Virus record (IMG/VR): IMGVR_UViG_3300032087_006189
Length of the DNA stretch: 64,000 nt
Origin: a virus
Strand: one strand, 5' to 3'
Below, piece after piece: positions 8,850 to 18,526 of the stretch; positions within the stretch are counted from its first letter, which is position 1, and every line of letters begins with the position of its first letter. The notes below the pieces were generated by a model. That model did no database searches. It worked only from the letters and a program-made list of their open reading frames with translations, and had not been told where the DNA came from. A program made the translations under genes and the position numbers.

Positions 8850-9563
8850 ATGATCGGACTCGACGCAATCCGCGCGCTGAGCGAGGAGTACAGTCACTGT
8901 GACCGGTGCCCGGTTCTGTGCGAAAGTCGAACAGCGCCCGTGTTCGGGACTGGAAGTGTGACGGCAGACATCCTCTATGTGGGAGAAGCACCGTCACTTG
9001 AAGAGGATGAGCAAGGGCTGCCTTTTGTTGGCCCCTCTGGAAGGATGCTCCTGCAGCTACTCGAAAAGAAGTGGCCAGCAGACGAGGAGCTGGATCAGAT
9101 CCGCACGATTGAAGACAACGACGAATACTTCGATCAACTGGCGGACTACATGTACGACCGGGTGTTCATCACCAACTCGGTCCTCTGTCGGACAGAAGAT
9201 GACCGCACTCCTTCGGCTACTGAGCTTAAGGAATGCCGGGAGCGGCTGCATCAGACCATCTATGCCGTCGATCCTATCATCATCTTGGCCGGCGGTAAGA
9301 CGGCGGCCAGCAACCTGGTTGGAAAGAAAGTGGGGATTCTGGATCGACGCGGAGACCTGATGGACATCACCATCCAGTCTCCGGTGACGGGAAGGGACAT
9401 CCGCTACGCGATGCTGCCAGTGCTCGACTGTGGCTTCCTCCTTCGCAAGGGGGACAGCGCGCTGGTGAGAGAGAAGAAGGGCCACACCTACGACACTCTG
9501 GGCGACTTTGGCTACGCCTTGGAGATTGTGAAAACCCATAAACGCCTGACAAGGAGGGCATGA
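8850..9563 (+). CDS. Uracil-DNA glycosylase, family 4-like (Fe-S)
   Basis: CDRCPVLC, VFGTG, VGEAPSLEED, PFVGPSG, TNSVLCR...TP...EC. Confidence 0.88.
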   Translation: MIGLDAIRALSEEYSHCDRCPVLCESRTAPVFGTGSVTADILYVGEAPSLEEDEQGLPFVGPSGRMLLQLLEKKWPADEELDQIRTIEDNDEYFDQLADYMYDRVFITNSVLCRTEDDRTPSATELKECRERLHQTIYAVDPIIILAGGKTAASNLVGKKVGILDRRGDLMDITIQSPVTGRDIRYAMLPVLDCGFLLRKGDSALVREKKGHTYDTLGDFGYALEIVKTHKRLTRRA

Positions 9564-9985
9564 TGGAAGCGGTAAACAAGCTGACTGAGGTAGGGGCTCG
9601 GCTCCAAGAGGTCCGGGATGCGCTGAGCGCGAGCGAGCCTGAGCTGATGGAAGAGCTGGAATCTCTGACAGCAGAGAAGGAGAAGCTGGCTGAGCTGGCA
9701 AAGAAGGAACTTCGCGAGAAGGGAGTTGGCAAGCACGAGATCGGAGGATTCTCGTTCCGCGTGTCTCCCGGCAAGACTGTCCGCAAGTGGGACATTGAGG
9801 AGATCAAGGAGCTGGCCGAGGAGCTGGGCCACGAAGAGCTGCTTGAGAAGTACAATGTGTTCAAGGTCGATGTGGACACCAAGCAGATCGAGCGGCTTCC
9901 GCCGGAGATCAAGGTCCACTACCAAGACCTCTACGAAGAGACCGCGTACTCAGCTCGAGTCACGATTCCCAAGGAACTCAAGTGA
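9560..9985 (+). CDS. Hypothetical protein, N-terminal coiled coil
   Basis: ATGA-coupled in operon; Glu/Lys-rich heptads. Confidence 0.75.
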   Translation: MMEAVNKLTEVGARLQEVRDALSASEPELMEELESLTAEKEKLAELAKKELREKGVGKHEIGGFSFRVSPGKTVRKWDIEEIKELAEELGHEELLEKYNVFKVDVDTKQIERLPPEIKVHYQDLYEETAYSARVTIPKELK

Positions 9986-10293
9986 TCCGAGTCGAGGTCA
10001 TTCATGGAGATGACCGTAGGCTGGCGCACATTCCCGTAGAGGAGGTACTGGACATGGACGATTTGCAAGAACTGGTAGGGGATGGCAAAGGGCATGTCAG
10101 TGTCGCCATGTCCTACGGCGACAAGGACTATGGCAACGGATTCGAGGTCCGGGTATCTGTGGGGCTGACCTGCAACCAGGATCGAGATACCCTCGACGAG
10201 GCCCGCTCGCTGGCTCTTGAGCTGGCGGTGGATCACCTCGTAGAAGCCAAGACGCAGGCAGAGGAAACCTATGCGGAGCTCTCACGCAAGTGA
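9982..10293 (+). CDS. Hypothetical protein
   Basis: GTGA overlap with upstream gene; 103 aa. Confidence 0.7.
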   Translation: MIRVEVIHGDDRRLAHIPVEEVLDMDDLQELVGDGKGHVSVAMSYGDKDYGNGFEVRVSVGLTCNQDRDTLDEARSLALELAVDHLVEAKTQAEETYAELSRK

Positions 10294-10558
10294 TGTAGAC
10301 ATCGACATCGTGCGCGTTGAGATCACTCCAGCAACTGCCGAGATCAAAGTGACCTACTTCGTACGCCTTGAAAACAAGGTGTACGAAGGGATCATCGGAG
10401 GGGGAGAAACCCAGTTCTCGAATGAGACACTGGGCCCCCAGATCTTGGAACTCGTAGAGAAGATGCAGGCCCAGATCAAGATCGATCTGGGTCTTGCGTC
10501 CGAAGATGCTCAACCCATTGACTCCCTAACAACCACACGAGACGAGATTGAACTGTAA
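10271..10558 (+). CDS. Hypothetical protein
   Basis: GAGG RBS; TAATG overlap with the helicase gene. Confidence 0.65.
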   Translation: MRSSHASDVDIDIVRVEITPATAEIKVTYFVRLENKVYEGIIGGGETQFSNETLGPQILELVEKMQAQIKIDLGLASEDAQPIDSLTTTRDEIEL

Positions 10559-11967
10559 TGTCGCACCCAGAGCTGGAGCTGATCAGCAACATTCTCGAAG
10601 CTGGAGACTTTCAAACCGTAAAGAAGAAGGGACTGACCTCAGAGTGGTTCACTCTTGAAGCCGCTCAGGAAGCCTACACTTGGCTGTGGTCAGAGTTCCA
10701 TGACCCGCAGCAGCGGGGAGAGGTCCCGACTGTAGACAGGTTCCTGCGGAAGTTCCCGAACTTCGACTTCTGCCCTTCCCGGAACTCGCTCAATGCCCTG
10801 ATTGATGATGTTCGCACTCAGAAGGTGCAGGCAGATCTACAGGGCATCCTGAATGAGATGCAGGAAGACATTCTCGAAGGGGAAGATCCCGCACTGATCC
10901 TCGACTCGTTCCTTCCCAAGATTCGCAAGATGAATGTGGAGGCGCATGAGGATGACGGCATCCTCCTGTCGAGTTCCGTCGAGCTACTGCGCCAGCAGTA
11001 CAACACGCATGCCGAAGCAGGCGGCGTTGTTGGGATCCCCTATCCGTGGGAAATCCTGAACCAAAAGACCGGTGGCATGAGAGATGAAGAGTTCATCGTC
11101 ATCTATGGCCGACCCGGCAACATGAAGACCTGGATCGCTTGCGTCATCGCGGCAAGAGCGTATCTGGACAACTACCGCGTGATGGTTTTCTCAAAAGAAA
11201 TCTCTCGCGAAGCCATGCTGACGCGTATCAGCTCAGTACTTGGCGAAGTGGACTACGACCGGCTTCGCCGCGGAGTCCTGTCCGATGATGATGCCGACGA
11301 CTTCTTCGACTTGATGGAGGACTTGGCAGAGACAGAGGAGGAAGATCAGGAGGGTGCCCATCGTAGAGCCCTGCTGTTCATCAGCGACAAAGGGAAGCGG
11401 AAGGGCAGCACTGTTGAAGACTTGATTGCCGCAGCAGAGCGATTTCGACCCGACCTGATTGTTGTTGACGGCTTCTACCTGATGCGCGATGGTCGCTCTG
11501 GTCAGCGTACAGCGGACTGGAAGCAGATCAGCCACATCTCACAGGACTTGAAGGGCATGGCTCAGTTCGTGTCCTGTCCTGTAGTCGGCACCACACAGGC
11601 AAACCGGGCAAATGCCAAGGAGCCTTCGGGAGATCTGGACGACCTGTCTTTCGCAGACGGTATCGGTCAGGACGCGGACATTGCGTTCCGCGTGTTCCGC
11701 GGTCCGAACCCCAGTGGTAGAGGGGCTTCCGTCTTGTTCGTGTTCTCTAAGAGCAGAGAAACTGTCATTCCGCCATTCGTCATCAACGCATGGCCCGGTG
11801 GAGACTTCTCTGTTCAGCAGGCAAACGCGAACATCAAGCAGTTCCTTGAGCAGAAGAAGCAGATGGAGATGCAGGAACGTGCCGACCAAAATGGCGGCGC
11901 AGGAGAAACCGAAGAAAAGAAGAAGAAACGCAAGCCCAAGAAGAGGGACGGTGGATTCAGAGCTTGA
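10558..11967 (+). CDS. dnaB: DnaB-like (SF4) replicative helicase
   Basis: Walker A YGRPGNMKT, FSKE, Walker B LIVVDG, LKGMA, QANR, IGQDAD, KSR. Confidence 0.9.
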   Translation: MSHPELELISNILEAGDFQTVKKKGLTSEWFTLEAAQEAYTWLWSEFHDPQQRGEVPTVDRFLRKFPNFDFCPSRNSLNALIDDVRTQKVQADLQGILNEMQEDILEGEDPALILDSFLPKIRKMNVEAHEDDGILLSSSVELLRQQYNTHAEAGGVVGIPYPWEILNQKTGGMRDEEFIVIYGRPGNMKTWIACVIAARAYLDNYRVMVFSKEISREAMLTRISSVLGEVDYDRLRRGVLSDDDADDFFDLMEDLAETEEEDQEGAHRRALLFISDKGKRKGSTVEDLIAAAERFRPDLIVVDGFYLMRDGRSGQRTADWKQISHISQDLKGMAQFVSCPVVGTTQANRANAKEPSGDLDDLSFADGIGQDADIAFRVFRGPNPSGRGASVLFVFSKSRETVIPPFVINAWPGGDFSVQQANANIKQFLEQKKQMEMQERADQNGGAGETEEKKKKRKPKKRDGGFRA

Positions 11968-12916
11968 TTATCTCGATGTCTACCAGAAGTACGTGTCCGG
12001 ACTCCGCAAAGGGTCTGGGCACAACTTTATGGGATTCTGCCCGATACACGGAGAGGAGCCAGGAAAGAGCAAGCCCAGCCTCTCTGTGAACATCGAAAAT
12101 GGACTGTGGAACTGCTTTGCGGGATGCGGAGGAGGAAACCTCAAACAGTTCTTGGAGCAAGTGGGCGAGAAGCGGTCAACTATTGACCGAGTAGCAAAGA
12201 AGTTCAAGTCAAAGCCGAGGAAACGTAGTACAAAGAAAAGGTCGGAACCGGCCACCGAACTGCCTGAGCGTCTGCTTGGTTTGTTCGACTGGTGCCCCAC
12301 ACAGCTATTGCGTGAGGGTTTCGACGAGAAAGTGCTCCTTGACAATGATGTTGGATACGACAAGAAATACTCCCGGATTACATTCCCTATTCGGAATAAA
12401 AAAGGGAGATTAGTTGGGATCGTCGGAAGGCGCCCAACCGGAGAGCCGGGAGGCAAGTACAAGGTCTACACGACCGAGCTTTCTGGCTATGGACTCGACG
12501 TTCCTTCATTCTCGAAGGGACAACATCTTTGGCGGATCGACAAGGTCGCCCAAGAGCTCCGGCGAGCACGGAAACCCGTGTACATCGTCGAGGGCTTCAA
12601 AGCGGCACTGTGGTTCTGTCAATCCGGGCTGACGAATGTGGTGGCTCTCATGGGCAGCCACATGACCGATGCCCAACAACGGTTGATTGAGTCTCTCGGA
12701 CCGGTCGCGATTGCGTGTCTCGATAATGATGATGCGGGTCGTAAAGGAACGCTGAAACTCAGTCAAAAACTTCAGGCGACACGGCTATATGTGGTCCCCC
12801 TTCCAGAAGGCATCCATCAACCAGATGACCTGACAGGAGAGGAGCTGCGTGAGCTGTGTAGCACCCCAGTAAACATCAGTGAGGCCAAGAGACAATGGCA
12901 AGAAAAATCCCTCTGA
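11951..12916 (+). CDS. dnaG: DnaG-like primase (CHC2 Zn finger + TOPRIM)
   Basis: CPIHGE...WNCFAGC, RITFPI, GR, KY, IVEGF, DNDDAG; likely GTG start at 11951 rather than 11612. Confidence 0.9.
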   Translation: MDSELDYLDVYQKYVSGLRKGSGHNFMGFCPIHGEEPGKSKPSLSVNIENGLWNCFAGCGGGNLKQFLEQVGEKRSTIDRVAKKFKSKPRKRSTKKRSEPATELPERLLGLFDWCPTQLLREGFDEKVLLDNDVGYDKKYSRITFPIRNKKGRLVGIVGRRPTGEPGGKYKVYTTELSGYGLDVPSFSKGQHLWRIDKVAQELRRARKPVYIVEGFKAALWFCQSGLTNVVALMGSHMTDAQQRLIESLGPVAIACLDNDDAGRKGTLKLSQKLQATRLYVVPLPEGIHQPDDLTGEELRELCSTPVNISEAKRQWQEKSL

Positions 12917-14022
12917 GTGCAAACCGCGGGCGTCGCGGTGGAAATGGTGGTGGCCGTCGCCGCCGTAATGGCTGGTCCTGCAAGTGGTCGGACGAGCTGA
13001 AAGTAAAGAAAGACGAGAGCGCTTGGATCCAGTTGACCAAGGCTACCTACCGGGCACATGGCGAAGATGGGGAAGTTCCCTTCTTCTCCGCCCCGATGTT
13101 CAAGCTCCAGTACGCGAACAGATGGGGAGGCACCTCCTACGGCTACTTCCGTGGGAATGGTGGCGATGACTGCACGCTGCAGCAGCTTGCGGACAGTCAA
13201 GATCCGAATGTCCAGGAGCCGAAGTACGGAGAGCCGAACCGGTTCTTTGTCAATGTGGTCCACTACGCTCTCTACCACCGAGAGCCGGTGGTCAAGAACG
13301 GGGAAACCCTGACCTACTCGCAGGGCAAGCTCAAGGGCCAGCCCGTGTACCGCTGGGAAGAGGTCAAGTCCATTCGGGACCGGAAGCAGTTGCTGAAGGA
13401 TCCGGATAGCGAGAACCTCGGGTTCTACCGCAAGAAGTTCCTCGAGCTTCCTGCTACCCAGTTCCGTGTTGTGCAGGAGATCAACCGCAAGGCTCGATCC
13501 ATGTGCAAGTGCGGCGGTGCCCTGTTCCCGTCCGTCTTCATCTGCGGAAACTGCGAAGAGGTTCTCCTCGATGTAGATGATGCAGACATGACAGATTCGG
13601 AGATTGCCAACTATGGCGATCAGGACATCCGCTGCCGTCACTGCGGCGAGGTGGATTTCCCGCAGGCGGAGTACGACTGCGACTCCTGCGACAATCCCCG
13701 TCCGCACGAGTACTACGAGGTCGCTGCCAAGATCAAGAAGGTCATTGGTAGCACTGGGTACCCCACCCTTGCGCTCGATACCGTTGTCCCGCTTACAGAG
13801 ATGACTTTCGAGAACAAGGAACCGGTGGTTGAGCCGGATCCAGATGACCCCGAAAAGATGGTCTACACCGAGGAACCCCTCGAGAAGATCGCAGAAGCCC
13901 AGTTCGACTTCGATGAGTACACCACCCCGAAGACGAACGCAGAATACTCGGACATGCTCGGACTCCGAGAGGGCGACATTGGCTATGCGTCGAGCGCGAA
14001 GCGGTACAACAAGTTCCGCTGA
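12895..14022 (+). CDS. Putative single-stranded DNA-binding protein with Zn-ribbon insertion
   Basis: Lies between primase and polymerase; aromatic-rich beta segments; CKC, CGNC, CRHC, CDSC; acidic C-terminal region; followed by a stable hairpin. Function inferred from context. Confidence 0.5.
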   Translation: MARKIPLSANRGRRGGNGGGRRRRNGWSCKWSDELKVKKDESAWIQLTKATYRAHGEDGEVPFFSAPMFKLQYANRWGGTSYGYFRGNGGDDCTLQQLADSQDPNVQEPKYGEPNRFFVNVVHYALYHREPVVKNGETLTYSQGKLKGQPVYRWEEVKSIRDRKQLLKDPDSENLGFYRKKFLELPATQFRVVQEINRKARSMCKCGGALFPSVFICGNCEEVLLDVDDADMTDSEIANYGDQDIRCRHCGEVDFPQAEYDCDSCDNPRPHEYYEVAAKIKKVIGSTGYPTLALDTVVPLTEMTFENKEPVVEPDPDDPEKMVYTEEPLEKIAEAQFDFDEYTTPKTNAEYSDMLGLREGDIGYASSAKRYNKFR

Positions 14023-14029
14023 ATGAACT

Positions 14030-14057
14030 GAGGGGCGGCCCTTCGGGGCTGCCCCTC
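14030..14057 (+). terminator. GC-rich cUUCGg hairpin without U-tract (attenuator or stability element)
   Basis: gaggggcggccc-ttcg-gggctgcccctc. Confidence 0.65.
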
Positions 14058-14073
14058 CTATGCGGAGATTGTT

Positions 14074-16479
14074 ATGAGGTTCAAGAATGTCATTACGCCT
14101 GAACCGCTGTACATAGACACGGCGAAGGAGGCGCAGAAGCTGGCGCAGACCATGATGGGTCTGGATCGCGTAGGCTTCGACACAGAGACCACTGGCCTGA
14201 ACAAGGTCGGGGCTCGCATCAAGTTCTTCTCCTTCGGGTGGGAAGGAACACGATTTTGCGCACCTGTGCGACTTCTTGCGGAGTTTGCCGAGGTGCTTGA
14301 AAACCCCGAGATTGCGAAGTGCATGACCAATGCCAAGTTCGACATGCACATGGCATACAACCACGGGATTCTGATCCAGGGCCACATCTATGACACTGTT
14401 GCGATGGACTGGCTGCTGGATGAAAACAGGCAAGGCCGACACGGCCTGAAGTTCTGCGCTGCGGACTATCTCGGGCTTCGTATGGCGCCTTTCAAGCAGG
14501 TCTTTGGGTCTGTGGGCAAGATCGACAAAGAGGTAGAAACGCTGTGCCACATGCACGATGCGCTTGAGGCGGAAGATCGTGGCGCAGCCCTTGAGCTCTT
14601 AGCCCTTGTTGGGCAGCTTGAGATGGACGAAGAGGTCTTGGATGACCTGAAGAAAGTGTCTCAGAAGCTCAGCGTTGGACGCGAAACTCCATCAAAGCTG
14701 TGGGGTGCTAGCCAAGTCCTGAAGATCGCGCGTAAGTACGGCCTTTGTCCGACTACGCGCGGCAAGGGCGGCTACATCTCTGACTTCTCCGAGCTTGTTG
14801 GCATGGGCCCAGTGGCGAAGGAAGACAGAGAAGAGGAGCGTTATCTCATCTCAGACACCTATGCGCTGATTGAGGCACACGAGTACATTATTCAGGAGCT
14901 GTCAACGAAGTCTTCGGACGACTTGGAGCCGCTGGAGCTGATTCAGCTTCTTGTAGGAGACTACGCCTCTCTTGATGCGTGGGCTTCGTTCAAGCTGACT
15001 GCGGTACTTGAAGAGCTGCTCCGAGACGAGGAGATGCAGCCTGGAATCAGTCTGATGGACTACTACGAAAGCAAGACCGCAGACATGATGAAGATCCTTT
15101 GGATGATGGAGCGCAGAGGATTCCAGCTTGATGTGGATGCGATTGGAGAGCTGAACGCTCCCATGGAAAAGGACATTGAGCGGCTGGAGCGCGAGTTCGT
15201 CGCACTTGCCGGCTGGAATGCAAATCCCAACAGCCCGAAGCAGATGGTCGAACTTTTCTTTGAAGAAAAGAACGGCAAATGGGTCGATCCATTTGGGAAT
15301 CAGCCCAGAAAGATGAGCAAAGGCGGAACTACTGGGGTCAAGCGTCCAAGTATTTCCAAAGATGTGATTGAGGACTGGGCTGAGCGCGGGAATGATCTTG
15401 CGATCTGTCTTCGAGATCACCGCGTCCTGAAGAAGCTGCACAGCACCTACATCGACGCCCTGCCAAAGAAAGTAGATGGCAGGCATCGAATCCACACAGA
15501 TCTCAAGATTGCGGGCACGGTCACTGGCCGTCTCTCCTCTGGAGATCCCAACCTCCAGAACATCCCTTCTCGCGGGGATTGGGGGCGTAAGATTCGAGAG
15601 TTCTTTGTCGCAGGTCAGTGGGGATCGGCAGATGATTTCTGCCTGCCTAGTGTGGCGCACATTTCCCCGCCAAAGCTCAAACGCTCACAGCAAATGAGCT
15701 TGATTGTTGCGGACTACGAGCAGCTTGAGATGCGGATCATGGCCCACATGAGTGGAGACAAGACCATGATCGACACCATTCGTAGTGGGAAAGACCTTCA
15801 CTCTATGACTGGTGCGCTGGCTGTGGGTGCTGACTACGATCTCATCGTCGCGGCAAAGAAGGCGGACGATCCTACGAAGGAGCAGAAGGCGCTGATCGAG
15901 CTGCGCGCAGCGATGAAGGCAGTTGGTTTCGGCCTGCTGTACGGCATTGGGGCAAAGAAGCTCGGCATGCAGCTCGGACTGCCGATGGTCAAGAAGCTGA
16001 GCCGGAGCGGTCGCTACTACGAGACCTGCCCAGAAGCAGAGGAGTTGATCGAGAAGTACTTCAACATCTATCCAGAGGTCTACAACTTCATTGAGGACAC
16101 GCACTTCCAGTGCGAGGACGATCTGTTCGTTCAGACCATCTTGGGCAGATACCGGAGACTTCCAGACATCCTCTCGAAAGAGAAGGGTCTTTCGCTCCAG
16201 GCACAGCGTCAGTCGGTGAACTCTCGGATTCAGGGTTCGGCGGCAGACATCGTGACAGAAGCGATGATCAACTGTGAGACCAGCCCTCTGCTGCGCAAGC
16301 TTGGCGTGCGGATGCTGATGCAGATCCACGACGAGCTGGTGTTTGAGGTGCCGAAGATTCCGGAGATCGAAGAACAGGCAAAGGAAGAGATTCGCCGGTG
16401 CATGGAGAACCCCTTCGACATGGAGGTGCCCATTCTCATCAGCATGGACTGTGCTCACTCATGGGGTGAAGCAAAGTGA
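14074..16479 (+). CDS. polA: DNA polymerase family A (3'-5' exonuclease + polymerase, no 5' nuclease domain)
   Basis: FDTETTG, NAKFD, YASLDA, TVTGRLSSGDPNLQNIP, motif A ADYEQLEMR, motif B KAVGFGLLYG, motif C QIHDELVFE. Confidence 0.96.
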   Translation: MRFKNVITPEPLYIDTAKEAQKLAQTMMGLDRVGFDTETTGLNKVGARIKFFSFGWEGTRFCAPVRLLAEFAEVLENPEIAKCMTNAKFDMHMAYNHGILIQGHIYDTVAMDWLLDENRQGRHGLKFCAADYLGLRMAPFKQVFGSVGKIDKEVETLCHMHDALEAEDRGAALELLALVGQLEMDEEVLDDLKKVSQKLSVGRETPSKLWGASQVLKIARKYGLCPTTRGKGGYISDFSELVGMGPVAKEDREEERYLISDTYALIEAHEYIIQELSTKSSDDLEPLELIQLLVGDYASLDAWASFKLTAVLEELLRDEEMQPGISLMDYYESKTADMMKILWMMERRGFQLDVDAIGELNAPMEKDIERLEREFVALAGWNANPNSPKQMVELFFEEKNGKWVDPFGNQPRKMSKGGTTGVKRPSISKDVIEDWAERGNDLAICLRDHRVLKKLHSTYIDALPKKVDGRHRIHTDLKIAGTVTGRLSSGDPNLQNIPSRGDWGRKIREFFVAGQWGSADDFCLPSVAHISPPKLKRSQQMSLIVADYEQLEMRIMAHMSGDKTMIDTIRSGKDLHSMTGALAVGADYDLIVAAKKADDPTKEQKALIELRAAMKAVGFGLLYGIGAKKLGMQLGLPMVKKLSRSGRYYETCPEAEELIEKYFNIYPEVYNFIEDTHFQCEDDLFVQTILGRYRRLPDILSKEKGLSLQAQRQSVNSRIQGSAADIVTEAMINCETSPLLRKLGVRMLMQIHDELVFEVPKIPEIEEQAKEEIRRCMENPFDMEVPILISMDCAHSWGEAK

Positions 16480-16778
16480 ATCAAGCAGAGATGGAGAAGG
16501 AAGTCGCGAGGCGCACTGGGCTGCCATTACCCGCAGTACGCCTCGTGATTTCCTCATTAAAAGAGGTGATGTCGGAGAGTCTTCGGAGACAGCAAGATGT
16601 TGTCTTCCGGGGCCTGTTCCGCATCACCTGCGTTTCGCGGGACATGACGACCTTCCGCACAGCGCAAGGATCAGACGAGCCAGAGAGGTATACGAGTAGT
16701 AAGTTGATCATGGGCATCCGCCCTGTTCGTGCCTTTCGAAAGGAGCTCAACAAATGGACAAGTACGCAGTCGTCGTAG
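16476..16778 (+). CDS. HU/IHF-like DNA-binding protein
   Basis: MNQAEMEKEVARRTGL...VVFRGLFRI...IRPVRAFRKELN fits the HU pattern. Confidence 0.75.
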   Translation: MNQAEMEKEVARRTGLPLPAVRLVISSLKEVMSESLRRQQDVVFRGLFRITCVSRDMTTFRTAQGSDEPERYTSSKLIMGIRPVRAFRKELNKWTSTQSS

Positions 16779-16936
16779 ATGAGTCTCACGCCAAGACCGC
16801 AGCAGCGAAGGGTTCCTGCCCTTCATGCGGGTCGGGGCGTGTCAACACAACGGGGCTTACGCCCCACTGCCCCAACTGTGGCACACAGCCTTGGGAGAAA
16901 AATGCCAAGAGGAAAGAAGCCCGCAGCCGCTGGTAA
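16754..16936 (+). CDS. Small Zn-ribbon protein
   Basis: AAGGAG RBS; CPSCG...CPNCG. Confidence 0.65.
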   Translation: MDKYAVVVDESHAKTAAAKGSCPSCGSGRVNTTGLTPHCPNCGTQPWEKNAKRKEARSRW

Positions 16937-18053
16937 AGGCGCTGCTGGAGTCATCAACAAGCTGAAGAGCAAGTACCCTGGCCGGGTGTTTACGGCCGGG
17001 GAGTACACGATGCCCTGGATGATCAAGAGACTTCCGACTGGGATTCTCGATCTGGACATCGCACTGGGAGGAGGTCTGCCCGCTGGAGGCATGACCTTCC
17101 TGACGGGAAAGCAGGGCGTGGGCAAGAACTGGCTTGCCAATCAGGTGATTCGCAATCATCAGGAGCGCCACGGAGATGCAACGAATGTCGCAGTAGTCTC
17201 TACTGAGATGGTCTACGACAAGGAGTTCGCACAGCTTTGCGGCGTGCGGATTGCAATGTCGGACTCAGAGATTGAGGCCCTGCGGCAGATCTACGAAGAT
17301 GAGGGCGAAGAGTTCACCGATGAGTACGAAGCTCAGCTTCGATCTCAGATTGGGGAGTTCGTTACTGTCCCTCCCTCGATCGCAGAAGAGTCCCTTCAGA
17401 TCGCAATCGACTTGATCGCCAGCCGAGAGTTCGATCTGGTCTTGATTGACTCCTTCGGCTCTCTGCTGACGGAGCACGATGACGAGTCCGAGCTTGGGGA
17501 TTCCGCACGAGTGGGTGGAGCAGCGATGCTCAATACTCGGTTTGCGCGAAAGCTGAACACTGCGCTCGGACCAGACAAGGACGGCAACCCCAACCTGACC
17601 TGTGTGATCGGCATCAACCAGGTGCGTGACAACACGGACAGAGCCAACAAGTACAGTCCAAAGACGATTGAGGCGGGTGGCTGGGCTCTGAAGCACGCCC
17701 GATGGGTGACGATTCAGATGTCTCCGCAGGCAAAGGTCAAGAACGGCAAGATCCCTATCGGAAAGACTGTACGGTGGGAGATCACCAAGCAGAAAGCCGG
17801 CGGGCATGAAGGAGCCTCTGGCACCTATGACTTCCTGTTCAGCCATACTGGGATTGACCACCCAGCTCACACGGTCTCTGTCGCCGCGGATTACGATGTG
17901 CTCACCCGTAAGGGAGCCTGGTACTTCTACGGTGACGATCAGATTGGGCAGGGCGCATCAAACGCTGCCGAGTTTGTGATTGAGAACGGCCTGCTCGAGA
18001 AGATCGAAGCAGACACGCTCCGTGCAGCGGGTGTTCGCTGCCGGTACGGGTGA
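16902..18053 (+). CDS. recA: RecA-like recombinase
   Basis: PTGILDLDIALGGGLPAG, GKQGVGKN, LIDS, INQVR, GGWALKH, KGAWYFYGDDQIGQG; start at 16902 (MPRGKK). Confidence 0.92.
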   Translation: MPRGKKPAAAGKGAAGVINKLKSKYPGRVFTAGEYTMPWMIKRLPTGILDLDIALGGGLPAGGMTFLTGKQGVGKNWLANQVIRNHQERHGDATNVAVVSTEMVYDKEFAQLCGVRIAMSDSEIEALRQIYEDEGEEFTDEYEAQLRSQIGEFVTVPPSIAEESLQIAIDLIASREFDLVLIDSFGSLLTEHDDESELGDSARVGGAAMLNTRFARKLNTALGPDKDGNPNLTCVIGINQVRDNTDRANKYSPKTIEAGGWALKHARWVTIQMSPQAKVKNGKIPIGKTVRWEITKQKAGGHEGASGTYDFLFSHTGIDHPAHTVSVAADYDVLTRKGAWYFYGDDQIGQGASNAAEFVIENGLLEKIEADTLRAAGVRCRYG

Positions 18054-18526
18054 GCAAGAGACCAACCTGCCCGGTCTGTAAGGGTATCAATCTCTCGTCA
18101 TGGTCAATGGGGAAGGTCCGCTGCAAAACCTGCGGCAGGGCCTTCCCCAAGCATGAGATCATGTCCGAAGAGTATGTGCCGAAGAAGCCGAGAAAGGGCA
18201 GGAGTACGCGCAAGCAGGCAGACAAGCAAGAGCGGCGCGTCGCGAAACAAGTGGGCGGTAGGCAGACCATCGCCTCTGGGCAGACTCCGGTGGATAAAGC
18301 AGACGTGCGGTCAGATACTGTCCGCGTCGAATGTAAATACACCGATAAGAAGTCATACTCTCTAAAGGCAGCGGACTTAGCGAAAGTGGCATCACAGGCC
18401 ACCGGGGACCAAATGCCGCTGTTCTATGTCGAGTTCAGGGAAGAAGGAGAGGCATACTACGTGGTCCCCGAACACTGGTTCTTACAGCTATTGGAGCTCT
18501 ACGAGAATGATCAGAACGATTGCTGA
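18050..18526 (+). CDS. PD-(D/E)xK Holliday junction resolvase-like protein with N-terminal Zn ribbon
   Basis: QERRVAK...ASG...KADV...VECK; CPVC and CKTC. Confidence 0.75.
   Translation: MSKRPTCPVCKGINLSSWSMGKVRCKTCGRAFPKHEIMSEEYVPKKPRKGRSTRKQADKQERRVAKQVGGRQTIASGQTPVDKADVRSDTVRVECKYTDKKSYSLKAADLAKVASQATGDQMPLFYVEFREEGEAYYVVPEHWFLQLLELYENDQNDC

Noticed and set aside
11612-11950. N-terminal 113 aa of the primase ORF as listed
   Set aside because: Overlaps dnaB out of frame; primase motifs begin after GTG 11951
12817-14556. 579-aa minus-strand ORF
   Set aside because: Antisense shadow of the SSB-like and polA genes; no motifs; explained by codon bias on the coding strand
14074-16479. Intein or intron in polA
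   Set aside because: Insertions lack intein termini (C/S...HN) and LAGLIDADG motifs; the frame is continuous
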